A model generated the notes under the pieces. The model saw only the letters and a list, made by a program, of their open reading frames with translations. It was not told the origin of the DNA and made no database searches. This document shows positions 1 to 11,880 of a stretch of 64,000 nt of DNA, piece after piece. Origin of the DNA: Longimicrobiales bacterium (lineage in GTDB: Bacteria; Gemmatimonadota; Gemmatimonadetes; Longimicrobiales; Gaopeijiaceae); NCBI GenBank assembly GCA_965203485.1, contig OZ241892.1, positions 1,792,001 to 1,856,000 on the forward strand, written 5' to 3'. Numbering within the stretch: position 1 is the first letter of the stretch; each line of letters opens with the position of its first letter. Both the position numbers and the translations under genes were made by a program.

Positions 1-1
1 T

Positions 2-1954
2 GTCCGCGCCCAAGAGACGAGCGTGGCCGAACTGCGAGCCGACCCGCCTTCGCTCGACATCGAGGTGGGAACCACGGCCGCCGTGCGCGTCACGGCCCAC
101 GACGCCTCGGGCGCCGTCCTGGAGGCGGCGGTTCGGCTGGTCGCGCCCGCGCGCAGACTGCGCTTGAACCGGACCGACGGCACGGTGACGGGTCTGCAGG
201 CGGGCGAATGGGCGCTGGTTGCGACGCACTCGCCCGAGGGCGGGCGTCCGGTCTTCTTGCGGATCCCCGTGACGGTCGCGTGGCCGCCGATCGCGCGCGT
301 CGAGATCGGCGCGCCTGCCTCGGCGCTCTACGAGGGCACCACCGTGCGTCTCCGCGCCGCCGCTGTTCACGCCAACGGCTCGGAGCGTCCCGGCGCGGTC
401 GTCTCGTGGGCCGTCTCGGACCCGAAGGTCGCGACGGTGGACCGCTTCGGCCACGTGACCGCCCGCGCGCCCGGCGCCGTCGTCGTAACGGCTTCGTCCG
501 AGGGAGCGCAAGGCGAATTCGCTGCCGCCGTCGAGCCGCTGGCGCTCTCGTCGCTCGCCGTCGAATCGAGCCGCCCGAACGCCCGCACCGGCGACGTGGT
601 GGACCTGGCGCTGGACGCGCGCGACCATGCCGGCCGGGCCGTGACGGACGCCGCGGTGGAATGGTCGTACTCGTTCGTGCCGGACGACTCGATCGCCGCC
701 CCGGGGGCCGCCGCAGTGGTCCGCGACGGCAAGTTCGTGGCCAACGTGCCCGGCCAGTACACGGTTCTGGCCACGCTGGGACGCCGCACTGCCCGGGCCG
801 TCGTGGACGTGCGCCCGCGCGAGGCCGTGCACGACTTGGAGGTCGTCGGCCACGGGCTCGTCAGCCACGTGCACTCCTCGGACTTGTGGGTGTTCGAGGG
901 GATGGACGGCCGCGACTACGCGTTCACCGGCACGTGGGGCGGCGACGGCTGGGCCTACTTCTGGGACGTGACCGATCCCGCCAGCCCCGCGCTCACGGAT
1001 TCCCTGCAGATCGACGCCCGCACGGTCAACGACGTGAAGGTCGCGCCCAACGGCCGCTGGGCCGCGCTGTCCCGAGAAGGGGCGTCCAACCGCCGCAACG
1101 GCGTGGTCGTGCTGGACTTGGCCGACCCGGCCCATCCCGTCGTGGCGTCGAACTACGACGAAGGACTCACCGGCGGCGTGCACAACATGTTCGCGACCAA
1201 CGATCACCTCTTCGCGCTCTCGGGAGGCGACAAGTACGTCATCCTGGACATGGCCGACCTGGCCAATCCGCGCTACGCCGGCGAGTACAACCACCCCGAC
1301 AGCCGCATTCACGACGTGTGGGTCCACGACGGAGTCGCATACTCTTCCGAATGGCGGAACGGCGTGGTCGTCGTGGACGTGGGCAACGGCCGCTGGGGCG
1401 GCACGATCGAGGATCCGGTCTTCGTCACCAACGTTCCCTATCCCGTCGGGCGCACGCACGCGGCGTTCCCGTACTTCCAGGAATCGACGGGCAAGTTCTA
1501 CCTGTTCCTGGGGGACGAGATCATGAACCGGAGGGACGCGGCTTGGTCGGGCGCGGGGCTGGGCCGCATTCCGTCGCCGGGCGGCACGCCCAGCGTCACC
1601 AGCGGCTACCTGCACGTCATCGACTTCACCGACCCGGACAACCCGAAGGACGTGGCCCGCTACGAAGTGCCCGAGTTCGGCACCCACAACATCTGGGTCG
1701 AGGACGACGTCCTGTACCAGGCGTACTACGAAGGAGGACTTCGCGTGGTGGACGTGTCGGGCGAGCTGATGGGCAACCTCGCCGAGCAGGGACGCGAGAT
1801 GGCCGTCTACAAGTCGTTCGCGCCCCAGGGATACGCGGCCAACGCGCCCATGGTGTGGGGCGGGCAACCGCACAAGGGCAACGTGTTCTTCTCCGACTTC
1901 AACTCAGGGCTCTGGGCGGTCAGAGTGACCCCCAAGCGCCGACCGGTTTCCTGA
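2..1954 (+). CDS. Secreted Ig-like (Big_2) + LVIVD-repeat beta-propeller protein, 5' end outside window
   Basis: Frame is open from base 2 (VRAQETSVAEL, resembling a signal-peptide cleavage A|QE). Ig-like motifs (WAVSDPKVATVDRFGHVTA) are followed by LVIVD-type repeats (GVVVLDLADP, GVVVVDVGN, GLRVVDVSG). Confidence 0.75.
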   Translation, partial: VRAQETSVAELRADPPSLDIEVGTTAAVRVTAHDASGAVLEAAVRLVAPARRLRLNRTDGTVTGLQAGEWALVATHSPEGGRPVFLRIPVTVAWPPIARVEIGAPASALYEGTTVRLRAAAVHANGSERPGAVVSWAVSDPKVATVDRFGHVTARAPGAVVVTASSEGAQGEFAAAVEPLALSSLAVESSRPNARTGDVVDLALDARDHAGRAVTDAAVEWSYSFVPDDSIAAPGAAAVVRDGKFVANVPGQYTVLATLGRRTARAVVDVRPREAVHDLEVVGHGLVSHVHSSDLWVFEGMDGRDYAFTGTWGGDGWAYFWDVTDPASPALTDSLQIDARTVNDVKVAPNGRWAALSREGASNRRNGVVVLDLADPAHPVVASNYDEGLTGGVHNMFATNDHLFALSGGDKYVILDMADLANPRYAGEYNHPDSRIHDVWVHDGVAYSSEWRNGVVVVDVGNGRWGGTIEDPVFVTNVPYPVGRTHAAFPYFQESTGKFYLFLGDEIMNRRDAAWSGAGLGRIPSPGGTPSVTSGYLHVIDFTDPDNPKDVARYEVPEFGTHNIWVEDDVLYQAYYEGGLRVVDVSGELMGNLAEQGREMAVYKSFAPQGYAANAPMVWGGQPHKGNVFFSDFNSGLWAVRVTPKRRPVS

Positions 1955-2096
1955 CGACGACTCGCCGGGCAAGGCGGGAGGGGCCGGCCCGGGCGCCCGC
2001 TCGCGGCCTCCCAGCGCCCGGGGGCCGTCCTTCGGGACGCCGGCCGGTGCGACCGCGCGCCCGCCGCACCCCACGCCGCCGCAGGGCCGGGCCCCG

Positions 2097-3338
2097 GTGA
2101 CCACGCTCGCCGCCGTGGTGGCGGTCGTGCTGGCCGCCTCGTTCCTGTGCTCCGTGCTCGAGGCGGTCTTTCTCTCGGTGACGCACTCGCACGTGGCGCT
2201 GATGAAGGAACGGGGCGACCGCGCGGGTCCGCTGCTCGAGCGGATGAAGCGGCGGATCGACGAGCCGATAGCGGCGATCCTCACGCTCAACACGATCGCG
2301 CACACGTTCGGCGCCACCGCCGCCGGGGCCATTGCCGCTGAGGTCTTCGGCGACGTGTGGATCGGAGTGTTTTCGGCCGTCCTGACGTTCGCCGTGCTGG
2401 TGTTCTCGGAGATCATCCCGAAGACGCTGGGAGCGACGTTCTGGAAACGGCTCGCAGGCCCCGCTGCGCACACGTTGCGCGCGCTGGTCTTCGCGATGCG
2501 GCCCGTGATCGTGCCGTTGGGCGTGCTGAGCCGCTGGATCGGTCCCAAGGATCGGAGCGCGACGGTCAGCCGCGCCGAGCTCGCGGTGCTGGCCGACATC
2601 GGACGGCGCGAGGGCACGCTGGACGAGGACGAATTTCGGGTGATGTCGAGGGTGATGCGGCTCGACGCCATCGGCGTGGCGGAGGTCATGACGCCGAGAA
2701 TCGACATCGTGGCGGCGCCGGTGGACGCTTCGCTGCGCGACGCGATGAACCTGATGCTCGACCGGGGCAAGCTGCGCCTGCCCGTCTACGACGGCAACCT
2801 GGACCGGATCGTGGGACTCCTGCTCGCCCGCGACCTCTGGCGGGCGGACCGCGACGGGCGGACCGCCGTGCGCGAAATCGTCCGCCCCATGCAGTTCGCG
2901 CCCGCGTCGAAGACGGTCGAGAACCTGATTCGCGAGATGCGCGCGGCGCGGACCAAGATGGCGGTCGTGCTCGACGAGTTCGGGGGGACCGCCGGCCTCG
3001 TGACGCTGGAAGACCTCATCGAGGAGATCGTGGGCGAGATCCAGGACGAGCACGAGCACGACGAACCGGGCGACTTCGAGGAGATGCCCGGCGGCCGGCT
3101 GCTCGTCTGGGGCGGCGCACCGGTGAAGAGCGTGGAAGAGCGGCTGGGCGTCCAGCTCGGCGACGAGTACGACACCATCGGCGGCTACGTCTTCGGCGCC
3201 CTCGACCGAGTGCCGCAGGCGGGCGACGCCGTGCCTGCCGGCGACGGGCGGCTGAGCGTCGTCAAGGTGCGCCGCCGACGGGTCGAGTACGTCGTGTTCA
3301 CGCCGGGCGGCGGCGAGAAGGCGAAGTCGAGCCCATAG
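2097..3338 (+). CDS. CNNM/hemolysin-family (DUF21 + CBS pair + CorC) membrane protein
   Basis: N-terminal TM DUF21 segment (FSEIIPKTLG), CBS motifs (VMTPR, VLDEFGGTAGLVTLEDLIEEIVGEIQDE) and a C-terminal CorC domain (YDTIGGYV). Confidence 0.9.
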   Translation: MTTLAAVVAVVLAASFLCSVLEAVFLSVTHSHVALMKERGDRAGPLLERMKRRIDEPIAAILTLNTIAHTFGATAAGAIAAEVFGDVWIGVFSAVLTFAVLVFSEIIPKTLGATFWKRLAGPAAHTLRALVFAMRPVIVPLGVLSRWIGPKDRSATVSRAELAVLADIGRREGTLDEDEFRVMSRVMRLDAIGVAEVMTPRIDIVAAPVDASLRDAMNLMLDRGKLRLPVYDGNLDRIVGLLLARDLWRADRDGRTAVREIVRPMQFAPASKTVENLIREMRAARTKMAVVLDEFGGTAGLVTLEDLIEEIVGEIQDEHEHDEPGDFEEMPGGRLLVWGGAPVKSVEERLGVQLGDEYDTIGGYVFGALDRVPQAGDAVPAGDGRLSVVKVRRRRVEYVVFTPGGGEKAKSSP

Positions 3339-3368
3339 GTTCGGTGAGGTCGTCCGTCGCGCCGTCGA

Positions 3369-3397
3369 TGGACGGGACGCGCGGCGCACCATATTGT
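3369..3397 (+). promoter_or_regulatory. Putative sigma70-type promoter
   Basis: TGGACG-N17-TATTGT about 65 bp upstream of the lipoprotein ATG. Confidence 0.35.
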
Positions 3398-3463
3398 GCC
3401 TTTGCGGACAAGATTCGGGCAATCGACTGGGAACCCGGACGACGAATGAGAAAGCGAGGACGA

Positions 3464-4615
3464 ATGGACAAGCGACGATTGCGCGCTCTCTGGGGCGCCC
3501 CCTGGCTTGCGGCGTTGGCCGCCGGTTGCGGGGAAGCGGACGCGCCGGGCGGCGCCGGGCCGGGCCTTGCGGACGCCCGCTGGACGATCGTGGAGGAGAT
3601 GCGAATCGGCGCGGGCGGCGGCCCTGATCAGTTCGGCCAGCTGAAGGGCTTGGCCGTGCTTGCCGACGGCAGGTTCGCGGTCCTGGAATCGCAGGCGCGC
3701 GAACTTCGCGTCTTCGACCCGGACGGCGGTCACGTGGCCACGTACGGCCGACGGGGCGAGGGGCCCGGAGAGTCGGAGTTCCCCAACGGCCTCATGCTGG
3801 GTCCCCGCGGCCTGCTCTGGGTGCCGGACCCTTCCAACGCCCGCATGTCCCTGTTCGATCCGGACGCCGGCTTCGTCGGGCAGTTGCGGTACGGCACCAA
3901 CCTCACGGAGTGGGCTTGGTCGGGAGCCATGGGCGCGGACGGCCGCGTCTTCGGCCCGGGGTTGGCCCCAGAGACCAGAGCCGACCTGCTGATCGTCTAC
4001 GACTCGACGATGGCCGTGCTGGACACGCTGTCGCTGGAGGATCCGTCGGAAGAATCCGGGGGCGGCACGAATCCAGCTTCGTACTGCTGGTCGCCGTCCG
4101 AGGGCGTGACCCGCTGCGCCGGCGTGCCGTTCTACGCCGGCGTGGTGCGCTTCGTCGATCCGGAGGGATACGTGTGGGAACGCGAGTCCGGGTTCGTCGA
4201 CTACAGAATTCGACGATGGGCGCCCGGCGGCGACACCGTGCTGGTCGTGACCGGCGACCGCCGGCCGACGCCGGTCGCGGCGGCGGAGAGGGACGCCGAG
4301 ATCGCCCGGTTGCGCGAGGATGCCGGGGACTTGGACTGGTCCAGGATTCCCAGCGTCAAGCCGGTCGTGCAGGACCTCTTCCTGTCGGACGAAGGCAACC
4401 TCTGGGTCAAGTTCCTGTCGCCGGGCGATCCGGCGGCTTTCGACGTCTGGTCGCCGGACGGAACGCACTTGGGGGCGGCGGTCGCCGACTTCCCGGTGCA
4501 CATGACCGAAGCGACGCCGGTGGTGCGCGGAGACGAAATGTGGCTGGTGACGACCGACGAGCTGGACACGGAGCACGTCGTGCGAGCGCGCTTGAGAGAG
4601 ACCGGGGCAAGGTGA
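3464..4615 (+). CDS. 6-bladed beta-propeller (NHL-like) lipoprotein
   Basis: GAGGA RBS before ATG 3464, lipobox LAAG-C, and propeller motifs GRRGEGPGE and LWVPDPSNARMSLFD. The provided ORF start (2357) is an upstream in-frame extension. Confidence 0.7.
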   Translation: MDKRRLRALWGAPWLAALAAGCGEADAPGGAGPGLADARWTIVEEMRIGAGGGPDQFGQLKGLAVLADGRFAVLESQARELRVFDPDGGHVATYGRRGEGPGESEFPNGLMLGPRGLLWVPDPSNARMSLFDPDAGFVGQLRYGTNLTEWAWSGAMGADGRVFGPGLAPETRADLLIVYDSTMAVLDTLSLEDPSEESGGGTNPASYCWSPSEGVTRCAGVPFYAGVVRFVDPEGYVWERESGFVDYRIRRWAPGGDTVLVVTGDRRPTPVAAAERDAEIARLREDAGDLDWSRIPSVKPVVQDLFLSDEGNLWVKFLSPGDPAAFDVWSPDGTHLGAAVADFPVHMTEATPVVRGDEMWLVTTDELDTEHVVRARLRETGAR

Positions 4616-4731
4616 AGGGATAGGCGCGGCCCCAGGCCGGATGCGCATTGGCCGCGTTGCGTCGGCCACGTGGCCTGCTCGACGTCCAGGCCGGCGAGGA
4701 CGGCGGCGCTTGAACCGCAACGTCCGGTTCT

Positions 4732-5334
4732 CTAGGTCGCGGACGCCCGATCCAAGTCCGCGCCCGCATTCGGGGGGGCGGGCGGATCCTCGCCGCCGTC
4801 CGGCGCCCCCGCGGCGGCTTGCTTCCGGCTTCGGCGGTCCTCGGCCCAAAAGCACGCGGCGAGCAGAACCGCCCCCGTCGTGATGGCCATGTCCGCGACG
4901 TTGAAGATCGGCCAGTGCATGAAGCCCAGGTCCACCGGGCCGATGAAGTCCACGACGCCGCGGTCCCAACGCAGGCGGTCGACGAGGTTGCCCACGGCCC
5001 CCGACACGACGAGGGCGAGCGCCACGAGCTTGGCGTGGTCTCGCGGGGCGGCTTGCACCAAGAGCGCGATCATCAGGCCGAGCGCCGCGATCGTCACCGG
5101 CACGAAGAACCAGCGCGGATCGTCGCCGATCGATATGCCGAACGCGGCGCCTCGGTTGAAGACGAGCGTCAGAGGCACGCGGCCGCCCAGGAAGTCGGGC
5201 CGGGGAGCGCCCGCGAGCGCGGCCAGGGCCCAGCGCTTGGTGACCACGTCGGTGACGAGCACCACGGGCAGGCACACGCCCAGCACGGCAAGCTTGCGCT
5301 TCACGCCGGGGAGTCGCTCATGGAGTGCTGGCAC
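4732..5334 (-). CDS. lspA: Lipoprotein signal peptidase II (start may be GTG 5304)
   Basis: Motifs NRGAAFG, GAVGNLVDR, VVDF and WPIFNVAD. Confidence 0.92.
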   Translation of the reverse strand: MPALHERLPGVKRKLAVLGVCLPVVLVTDVVTKRWALAALAGAPRPDFLGGRVPLTLVFNRGAAFGISIGDDPRWFFVPVTIAALGLMIALLVQAAPRDHAKLVALALVVSGAVGNLVDRLRWDRGVVDFIGPVDLGFMHWPIFNVADMAITTGAVLLAACFWAEDRRSRKQAAAGAPDGGEDPPAPPNAGADLDRASAT

Positions 5335-5357
5335 GCGAGGGCGGGCAGAAGCGGGAA

Positions 5358-5716
5358 TGGAGGCGGCGGGAATCGAACCCGCGTCCGAGAACAGTTCCTT
5401 CGAGAGTCTCTACGCGCGTAGATCGCCATCGGGTTCGCTTCCGGCGGGGCTGGCGAACGACTCCGCCGGGCTAGCCGCCTGAAGGTCTCGCCTGCCGGTT
5501 CAGCGGCCTAAACCGGCAAGCCAGCCCGAATCGTCGACGCCTCGCCGATCCGCCTCGGGCGGGCAGGCCGGGAAGCGGGCCGTCTAGCTTCTTTGGCTAG
5601 GCGGCCAGAGCCAAGTCAGTGTTGGCATTCAATCGTTTTCGGGAGGTTTAACGAGGTCCCCGCACCTCGGCGCGCAACTCCGAGATCGCCGATCCCGTCG
5701 AAGCCATGTCGCCCCC
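5358..5716 (-). ncRNA. ssrA: tmRNA
   Basis: 5' end GGGGGCGACATGGCTTCGAC; 3' end GGACGCGGGTTCGATTCCCGCCGCCTCCA (T-arm and acceptor); about 359 nt; internal tag ORF 5626-5597 encodes ANTDLALAA-stop. Confidence 0.95.
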
Positions 5717-5722
5717 GTGTTG

Positions 5723-6841
5723 TCAATCCGTACGTCTTGCAAGGTAGCCGTTCGTCGGCGGAAGGGGAAGCCCCGGAGGATACCGGCCGCCGGTCTCCGT
5801 CTGCGCGAGGTAGCCTTCGAGCGCCGCGTGCACGCCGGCGAGATCGTCGACGGCGAAGAGGCGCTGGCGGAGCCCGCGTCCGCCGGGGAGGCCCTTGGTG
5901 TACCAGCCCAAGTGCTTGCGGAAGTCGCGGACGGCCTTTTCGGGGTCGCGCTCGAAGGCGACTGCGTTCTCAGCGTGCTCGATGCAGGTGGCGAAGCGCG
6001 CCCGAGCGTCCGGGGGCGGCGGCACGGGCTCCCCGTTCAGGGCCGCGCGCGCTTGCAGGAACAGCCAAGGCGCGCCGTGGGATCCGCGTGCCATCATGAT
6101 GCCGCGGCAACCGGTGCGTTCCTTCATTCGCACCGCGTCGGGGCCCGTGCGCACGTCGCCGTTGCCGACGACGGGCACCTCCAGGGCGGCCACGAGCGAG
6201 GCGATCTCGTCCCAGCGCGCCCGCCCGCCGTACATGTCGGTTCGCGTGCGGGGATGCAGCGTCACCAAGCGCGACCCTGCGTCTTGGCACGCCAGTCCGA
6301 TGGCGACGGGATCGCGCGTGGCCTCGTCGTAGCCCGAGCGGATCTTGGTCGTGACCGGGAGCGCGACCGCGTCCACGACAGCGCGCACGATGCGCGCCAC
6401 CAAGCCGAGGTCGCGCAGGCATCCGGAGCCCCCGTTTCGCTTGACCACCTTCTTTACCGGGCACCCGAAGTTGATGTCCACGAAGTCGGGCGCGTAGGTC
6501 TCGGCGACCAGGGCCGCGGCGGCGCCCATGCGTGCCGGGTCGGAGCCGAATATCTGAACGCCGATGGGACGTTCGTCGTCCTCGAAGCGCAGATAGCCGG
6601 CCGTCTTGCCGCTGCCGCGCACGATGCCCTCGGCGCTCACGAACTCGGTGAGCACGACGTCGGCGCCGAAGCGCCGGCAGAGGCGCCGAAAGGGCGACTC
6701 GGAGACGCCGGCCTGCGGCGCCAGGAAGAGGGGCGTCTCGGGCGACCCGGGCACGGGAAAGGGAAAGGCGGGCGCCGGCGGAGGCCGAGGGCGCTCACGT
6801 CGCCGCGCGGCCGCCGCGAGAGCATGCGCTGGTCGGGACAT
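5723..6841 (-). CDS. dusB: tRNA-dihydrouridine synthase
   Basis: LAPQAGVSE, VQIFGS, DINFGCPVKKV, GNGDV and RKHLGWY motifs. Confidence 0.9.
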   Translation of the reverse strand: MSRPAHALAAAARRRERPRPPPAPAFPFPVPGSPETPLFLAPQAGVSESPFRRLCRRFGADVVLTEFVSAEGIVRGSGKTAGYLRFEDDERPIGVQIFGSDPARMGAAAALVAETYAPDFVDINFGCPVKKVVKRNGGSGCLRDLGLVARIVRAVVDAVALPVTTKIRSGYDEATRDPVAIGLACQDAGSRLVTLHPRTRTDMYGGRARWDEIASLVAALEVPVVGNGDVRTGPDAVRMKERTGCRGIMMARGSHGAPWLFLQARAALNGEPVPPPPDARARFATCIEHAENAVAFERDPEKAVRDFRKHLGWYTKGLPGGRGLRQRLFAVDDLAGVHAALEGYLAQTETGGRYPPGLPLPPTNGYLARRTD

Positions 6842-6863
6842 CGGCGGCTTGGCGGCGCCGCGC

Positions 6864-7301
6864 CTACTTGGTGACGAACATCTTCATCCAGGCGGTGCGG
6901 CCGTTCACCAGCATCTGGACGAAGTACACTCCGGACGCGACTTGGCGTCCGTTCCGGTCGCGGCCGTCCCAGTACGCCTCGTAGCGGCCGGGCGACGAGT
7001 ACTCGAGTTGCAGGAGCGGCAGTCCCTCGCCGCCGGGGAACGACAGCGCGACGGGCGCGGCCACGAACTGGTTGAGGATGTTGAAGATGCGGATCGAGAC
7101 CGTGGCGGGCCGCCCGTCGGCGAACAGCTCGTCGGTGAGCGCAAAGGGGATTCGCGTCTCGGGGTTGAACGGATTGGGGTAGTTCTGCTCCAAGCGGAAC
7201 CCGGGGCCCGTGCCCTCGCCCCCGACTGGAAGATCCTGGGCGTCCAAATTGCCGAACGCTCCGCAGCACAAGAAGCCCGCGATGCAAGAGAAGCGTCTCA
7301 C
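6864..7301 (-). CDS. Small secreted protein made only of a FlgD-Ig / T9SS-CTD-like domain
   Basis: GTG 7301 start, signal-like VRRFSCIAGFLCCGAFGNLDA|Q, then LEQNYPNPFNPETRIPF...WDGRDRNGRQVASGVYF. Confidence 0.75.
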   Translation of the reverse strand: MRRFSCIAGFLCCGAFGNLDAQDLPVGGEGTGPGFRLEQNYPNPFNPETRIPFALTDELFADGRPATVSIRIFNILNQFVAAPVALSFPGGEGLPLLQLEYSSPGRYEAYWDGRDRNGRQVASGVYFVQMLVNGRTAWMKMFVTK

Positions 7302-7427
7302 AGTGTTCGCCGCCTTCGAGTTCCGTACCGTGGTTGCGATCGCCCCCCGAGGACTATTCGGCGCATTCGGGCGCCGGGCGCCGCCTGCTCCCGGCGCGCG
7401 CCGGCCGAGGCCGACGCGACGCGTCCA

Positions 7428-7453
7428 ACAATAAGTCGGACGGCGCGGCGAGG

Positions 7454-7457
<4 letters not shown>
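7428..7457 (-). promoter_or_regulatory. Putative sigma70-type promoter overlapping the selB stop codon
   Basis: TTGACC-N18-TATTGT on the minus strand. Confidence 0.4.
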
Positions 7458-9351
<1,894 letters not shown>

Positions 9352-9352
<1 letters not shown>

Positions 9353-10104
9353 CAGTCGTCCGCGCGGAGCGCGTCGCGGAACTGGCGGAGCGCATCCAAC
9401 GGACGGCCGCCGACCAAGTGGAACGCGACGAAGTCGCCGAGCAGCGAGGCGTGGACGCGCGGACGGCGCAATCCCGCGGGCGGCTCGCCGGCCACCAGTC
9501 CCGCCAACCCCGCGCGCGCCAAGGGACCGACGCGCCGCGATCCGTTCGGCGCTCCGCAACTCGCGCACGCGACGCCGCCCCCGGCCACGTCGAAGCGGGC
9601 CATTTCGCGCTCGCCGAGGCCGCGTCCGCACCCGGTGCAGGATTCGAGTTCCGGCCCGAAGCCTAGGACGTCCACGATGCGCCAGACCGTCGCCAAGACC
9701 GTGCCCGCGACATCGCCCGGCAAGGCGGTCTCGATGCGGCCCAAGCCGACCGAGAGGGCGTCGTACAAGTCGCGGTGCGGCTGTTCGGCGGCGTGGCGCA
9801 GCACCAGCTCGCAGGCCGCGGACGCGCCCGCGAGGCGCCGATAGTCGCCGCCGAGCCCGATATGCGCGTCGACCGGCGTGAAGTCGCGCAACGACCGCAG
9901 GTCGCGGACCGCGCTTCCGCCGATGACCGCCACGCCTTCGCAGAACGTGGCCGCCGCGCCCGTCCCCTTCGATGCCCGCGCCCGCGCGCCCCGCGCCATG
10001 GCGCTCACCAAGCCTGCTTCGCGGCAGTAGAGCTTGAGCACGCGGCTGGACTCCGACCACGGGTGAGCGCGCAGGAGAATGGCCTCGGTCGTGACCACGG
10101 ACAT
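9352..10104 (-). CDS. recO: DNA repair protein RecO
   Basis: TEAILLR...[24 protein letters not shown] fold; Zn finger CTGC...CASC. Confidence 0.9.
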
Positions 10105-10112
10105 CCGAGCCG

Positions 10113-11234
10113 CTATCCGTCCAGGCGTTGCAGGAGGTCGCGGCGGCGGCGGCGGTGCTCCTCCGCGTTCACGTCGCCTGCCAGCGCCGCCTCGTCCAGC
10201 TCGGCCACCTCCAACACGAGCTCGCGCCGGTCCATGCCCCTGCGGCGGCCCGCCGCGCTCCAGCGAGCCGCGACGACCGTGCCGGCCGCGCCCAGGGCAA
10301 CGGCCGCCAGCACGGCCACCAAGCGTGCTCCCGACAGGCCGTCCGCGGGCGAGCGAGCTCGGACCGTCGCGACCCCGGGGGCCAAGCCGCGCCCGGCGAA
10401 GCGTCGGTAGGAGACGCCCTCCAGCTCGGCCTCGCCCGCAGGCGCCAAGCCCTCCACGTCCGTCTCGGGTCCGCCCGCCGGGACCAGCAGCTCCATCGAG
10501 CCGGTCGTCCCCTCCATCGGCACGTCGAAGTCGCCCGATGGAATCCGGTACCGGAAGAAGAAGACGCTCGACCCCGGCGGCACCGGCTCCGACACCTCCA
10601 CGCGTCCGCGGGCCAGGGTCGCCGAAACCTCGGACAGGCCGCCGCCCTCGGTCCGCAGGTCCGTCGCGCCGCCCGGCAACGGATGCGACCACGCCGCGCC
10701 GTGCTCGGACGACACCACGGTCGCGTCGGTCTCGTTTCGCACTTGGAAGACGTCGGTCGCCGTCCATCCGGAACCGGCCCCGGCGCCGGCGCCGGCCCCG
10801 GCGCGCTCCAAGATCAGGTTCCTCACGGCCACGGCAGGCCGCGGCACGGTTTCGGCAGGCGCCGCGGGATAGGCGCGGATCACGTACGTGGAGTCCGGCG
10901 CGAACTCGCCGGTCATCGCGTCGCCGAAGTACAGGACCTCGTCGTACCAGGTCGAAGCGAAGAAGACGTCGCCCTCCGCGCCCGGCGTCGCCGGAAGACG
11001 CAACTCGAAGGCGCCGGCGGCGTCCACCGGCACCGTGTCGACGGCCCCGCTGAACGCGGCCGACACCCGGTGCAGCACGACGGCGCCGCTGTCCGCCAAG
11101 GCCGAGCCGACCCAGAGTTCGCCGTGCACCAGCAGTCCGTCCGGCGGATCCTGGCGGACCCACGCCGCGGCCGCCGCGGCGGCGAGGAACGCGAGCGCGG
11201 CCCGTCCCGTCCGCGGCGCCCGCGCCGAGCAAAG
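10113..11234 (-). CDS. Hypothetical exported/membrane-anchored protein (start codon uncertain)
   Basis: Signal-like RTGRAALAFLAAAAAAAW, Ig-like body, C-terminal TM and helical tail (ELVLEVAELDE). The first in-frame canonical start downstream of the preceding gene is GTG 11129. Confidence 0.6.
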   Translation of the reverse strand, partial: LCSARAPRTGRAALAFLAAAAAAAWVRQDPPDGLLVHGELWVGSALADSGAVVLHRVSAAFSGAVDTVPVDAAGAFELRLPATPGAEGDVFFASTWYDEVLYFGDAMTGEFAPDSTYVIRAYPAAPAETVPRPAVAVRNLILERAGAGAGAGAGSGWTATDVFQVRNETDATVVSSEHGAAWSHPLPGGATDLRTEGGGLSEVSATLARGRVEVSEPVPPGSSVFFFRYRIPSGDFDVPMEGTTGSMELLVPAGGPETDVEGLAPAGEAELEGVSYRRFAGRGLAPGVATVRARSPADGLSGARLVAVLAAVALGAAGTVVAARWSAAGRRRGMDRRELVLEVAELDEAALAGDVNAEEHRRRRRDLLQRLDG

Positions 11235-11239
11235 GCGTG

Positions 11240-11752
11240 CTAGCGCTCGAACCGGCCCAAGTCCTCTGGCCGGAGCTTGCGGAGGTGCTCCGCCAGCGCC
11301 TCCCCGCTCATTCGGGACCGGTCCTGGCCGGGCCGCTCCGCGCTTTTCTTGGCGTCGGCGATCTTGGGGGCCGCCTCCATGACGGCGTCGTCCGCGAAGA
11401 TCTTGGCCTCGGCCCGAAGGGCGATCGCGATCGAATCGGACGGCCGGGCGTCGATGGAAACGAGATCGCCGTCCCGGTCGATGATGAGCTCGGCGAAGTA
11501 GGTGCTGTCCTCGACCCGCGTGATCAGCACGCGCCGGAGGGTGCCCCCCAGTCCCTGGAGAATCGCGACGAGCAAGTCGTGCGTGAGCGGGCGGTGGAAC
11601 TGGGCCTCTCCCAGCTGCATCGCGATCGCGTTCGCCTCGCCGGGGCCGATCCAGATCGGAAGCACCCGGTCGCTCCCGATCTCCTCGAGGAGGACGACCG
11701 GCGCCTTGGACGCGCGGTCGAACGCGAGCGCCTTCACGCTGAGCTCGATCAA
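11240..11752 (-). CDS. Bifunctional nuclease family protein (DUF151)
   Basis: LPIWIGPGEANAI, RPLTHDL and DARPSDSIAIALR motifs. Confidence 0.9.
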   Translation of the reverse strand: MIELSVKALAFDRASKAPVVLLEEIGSDRVLPIWIGPGEANAIAMQLGEAQFHRPLTHDLLVAILQGLGGTLRRVLITRVEDSTYFAELIIDRDGDLVSIDARPSDSIAIALRAEAKIFADDAVMEAAPKIADAKKSAERPGQDRSRMSGEALAEHLRKLRPEDLGRFER

Positions 11753-11880
11753 CGGCTATCCTCCTCCGACGCATCGCGCGCGCCCCGGCGGCGCAGGCGA
11801 CATCATCGCCAATGAAGGGCCGGAGAACAACCACCGGCCCCGAACGGCCAGCGTCCCGCTGCCCCGCCGACGCCGCGTCC

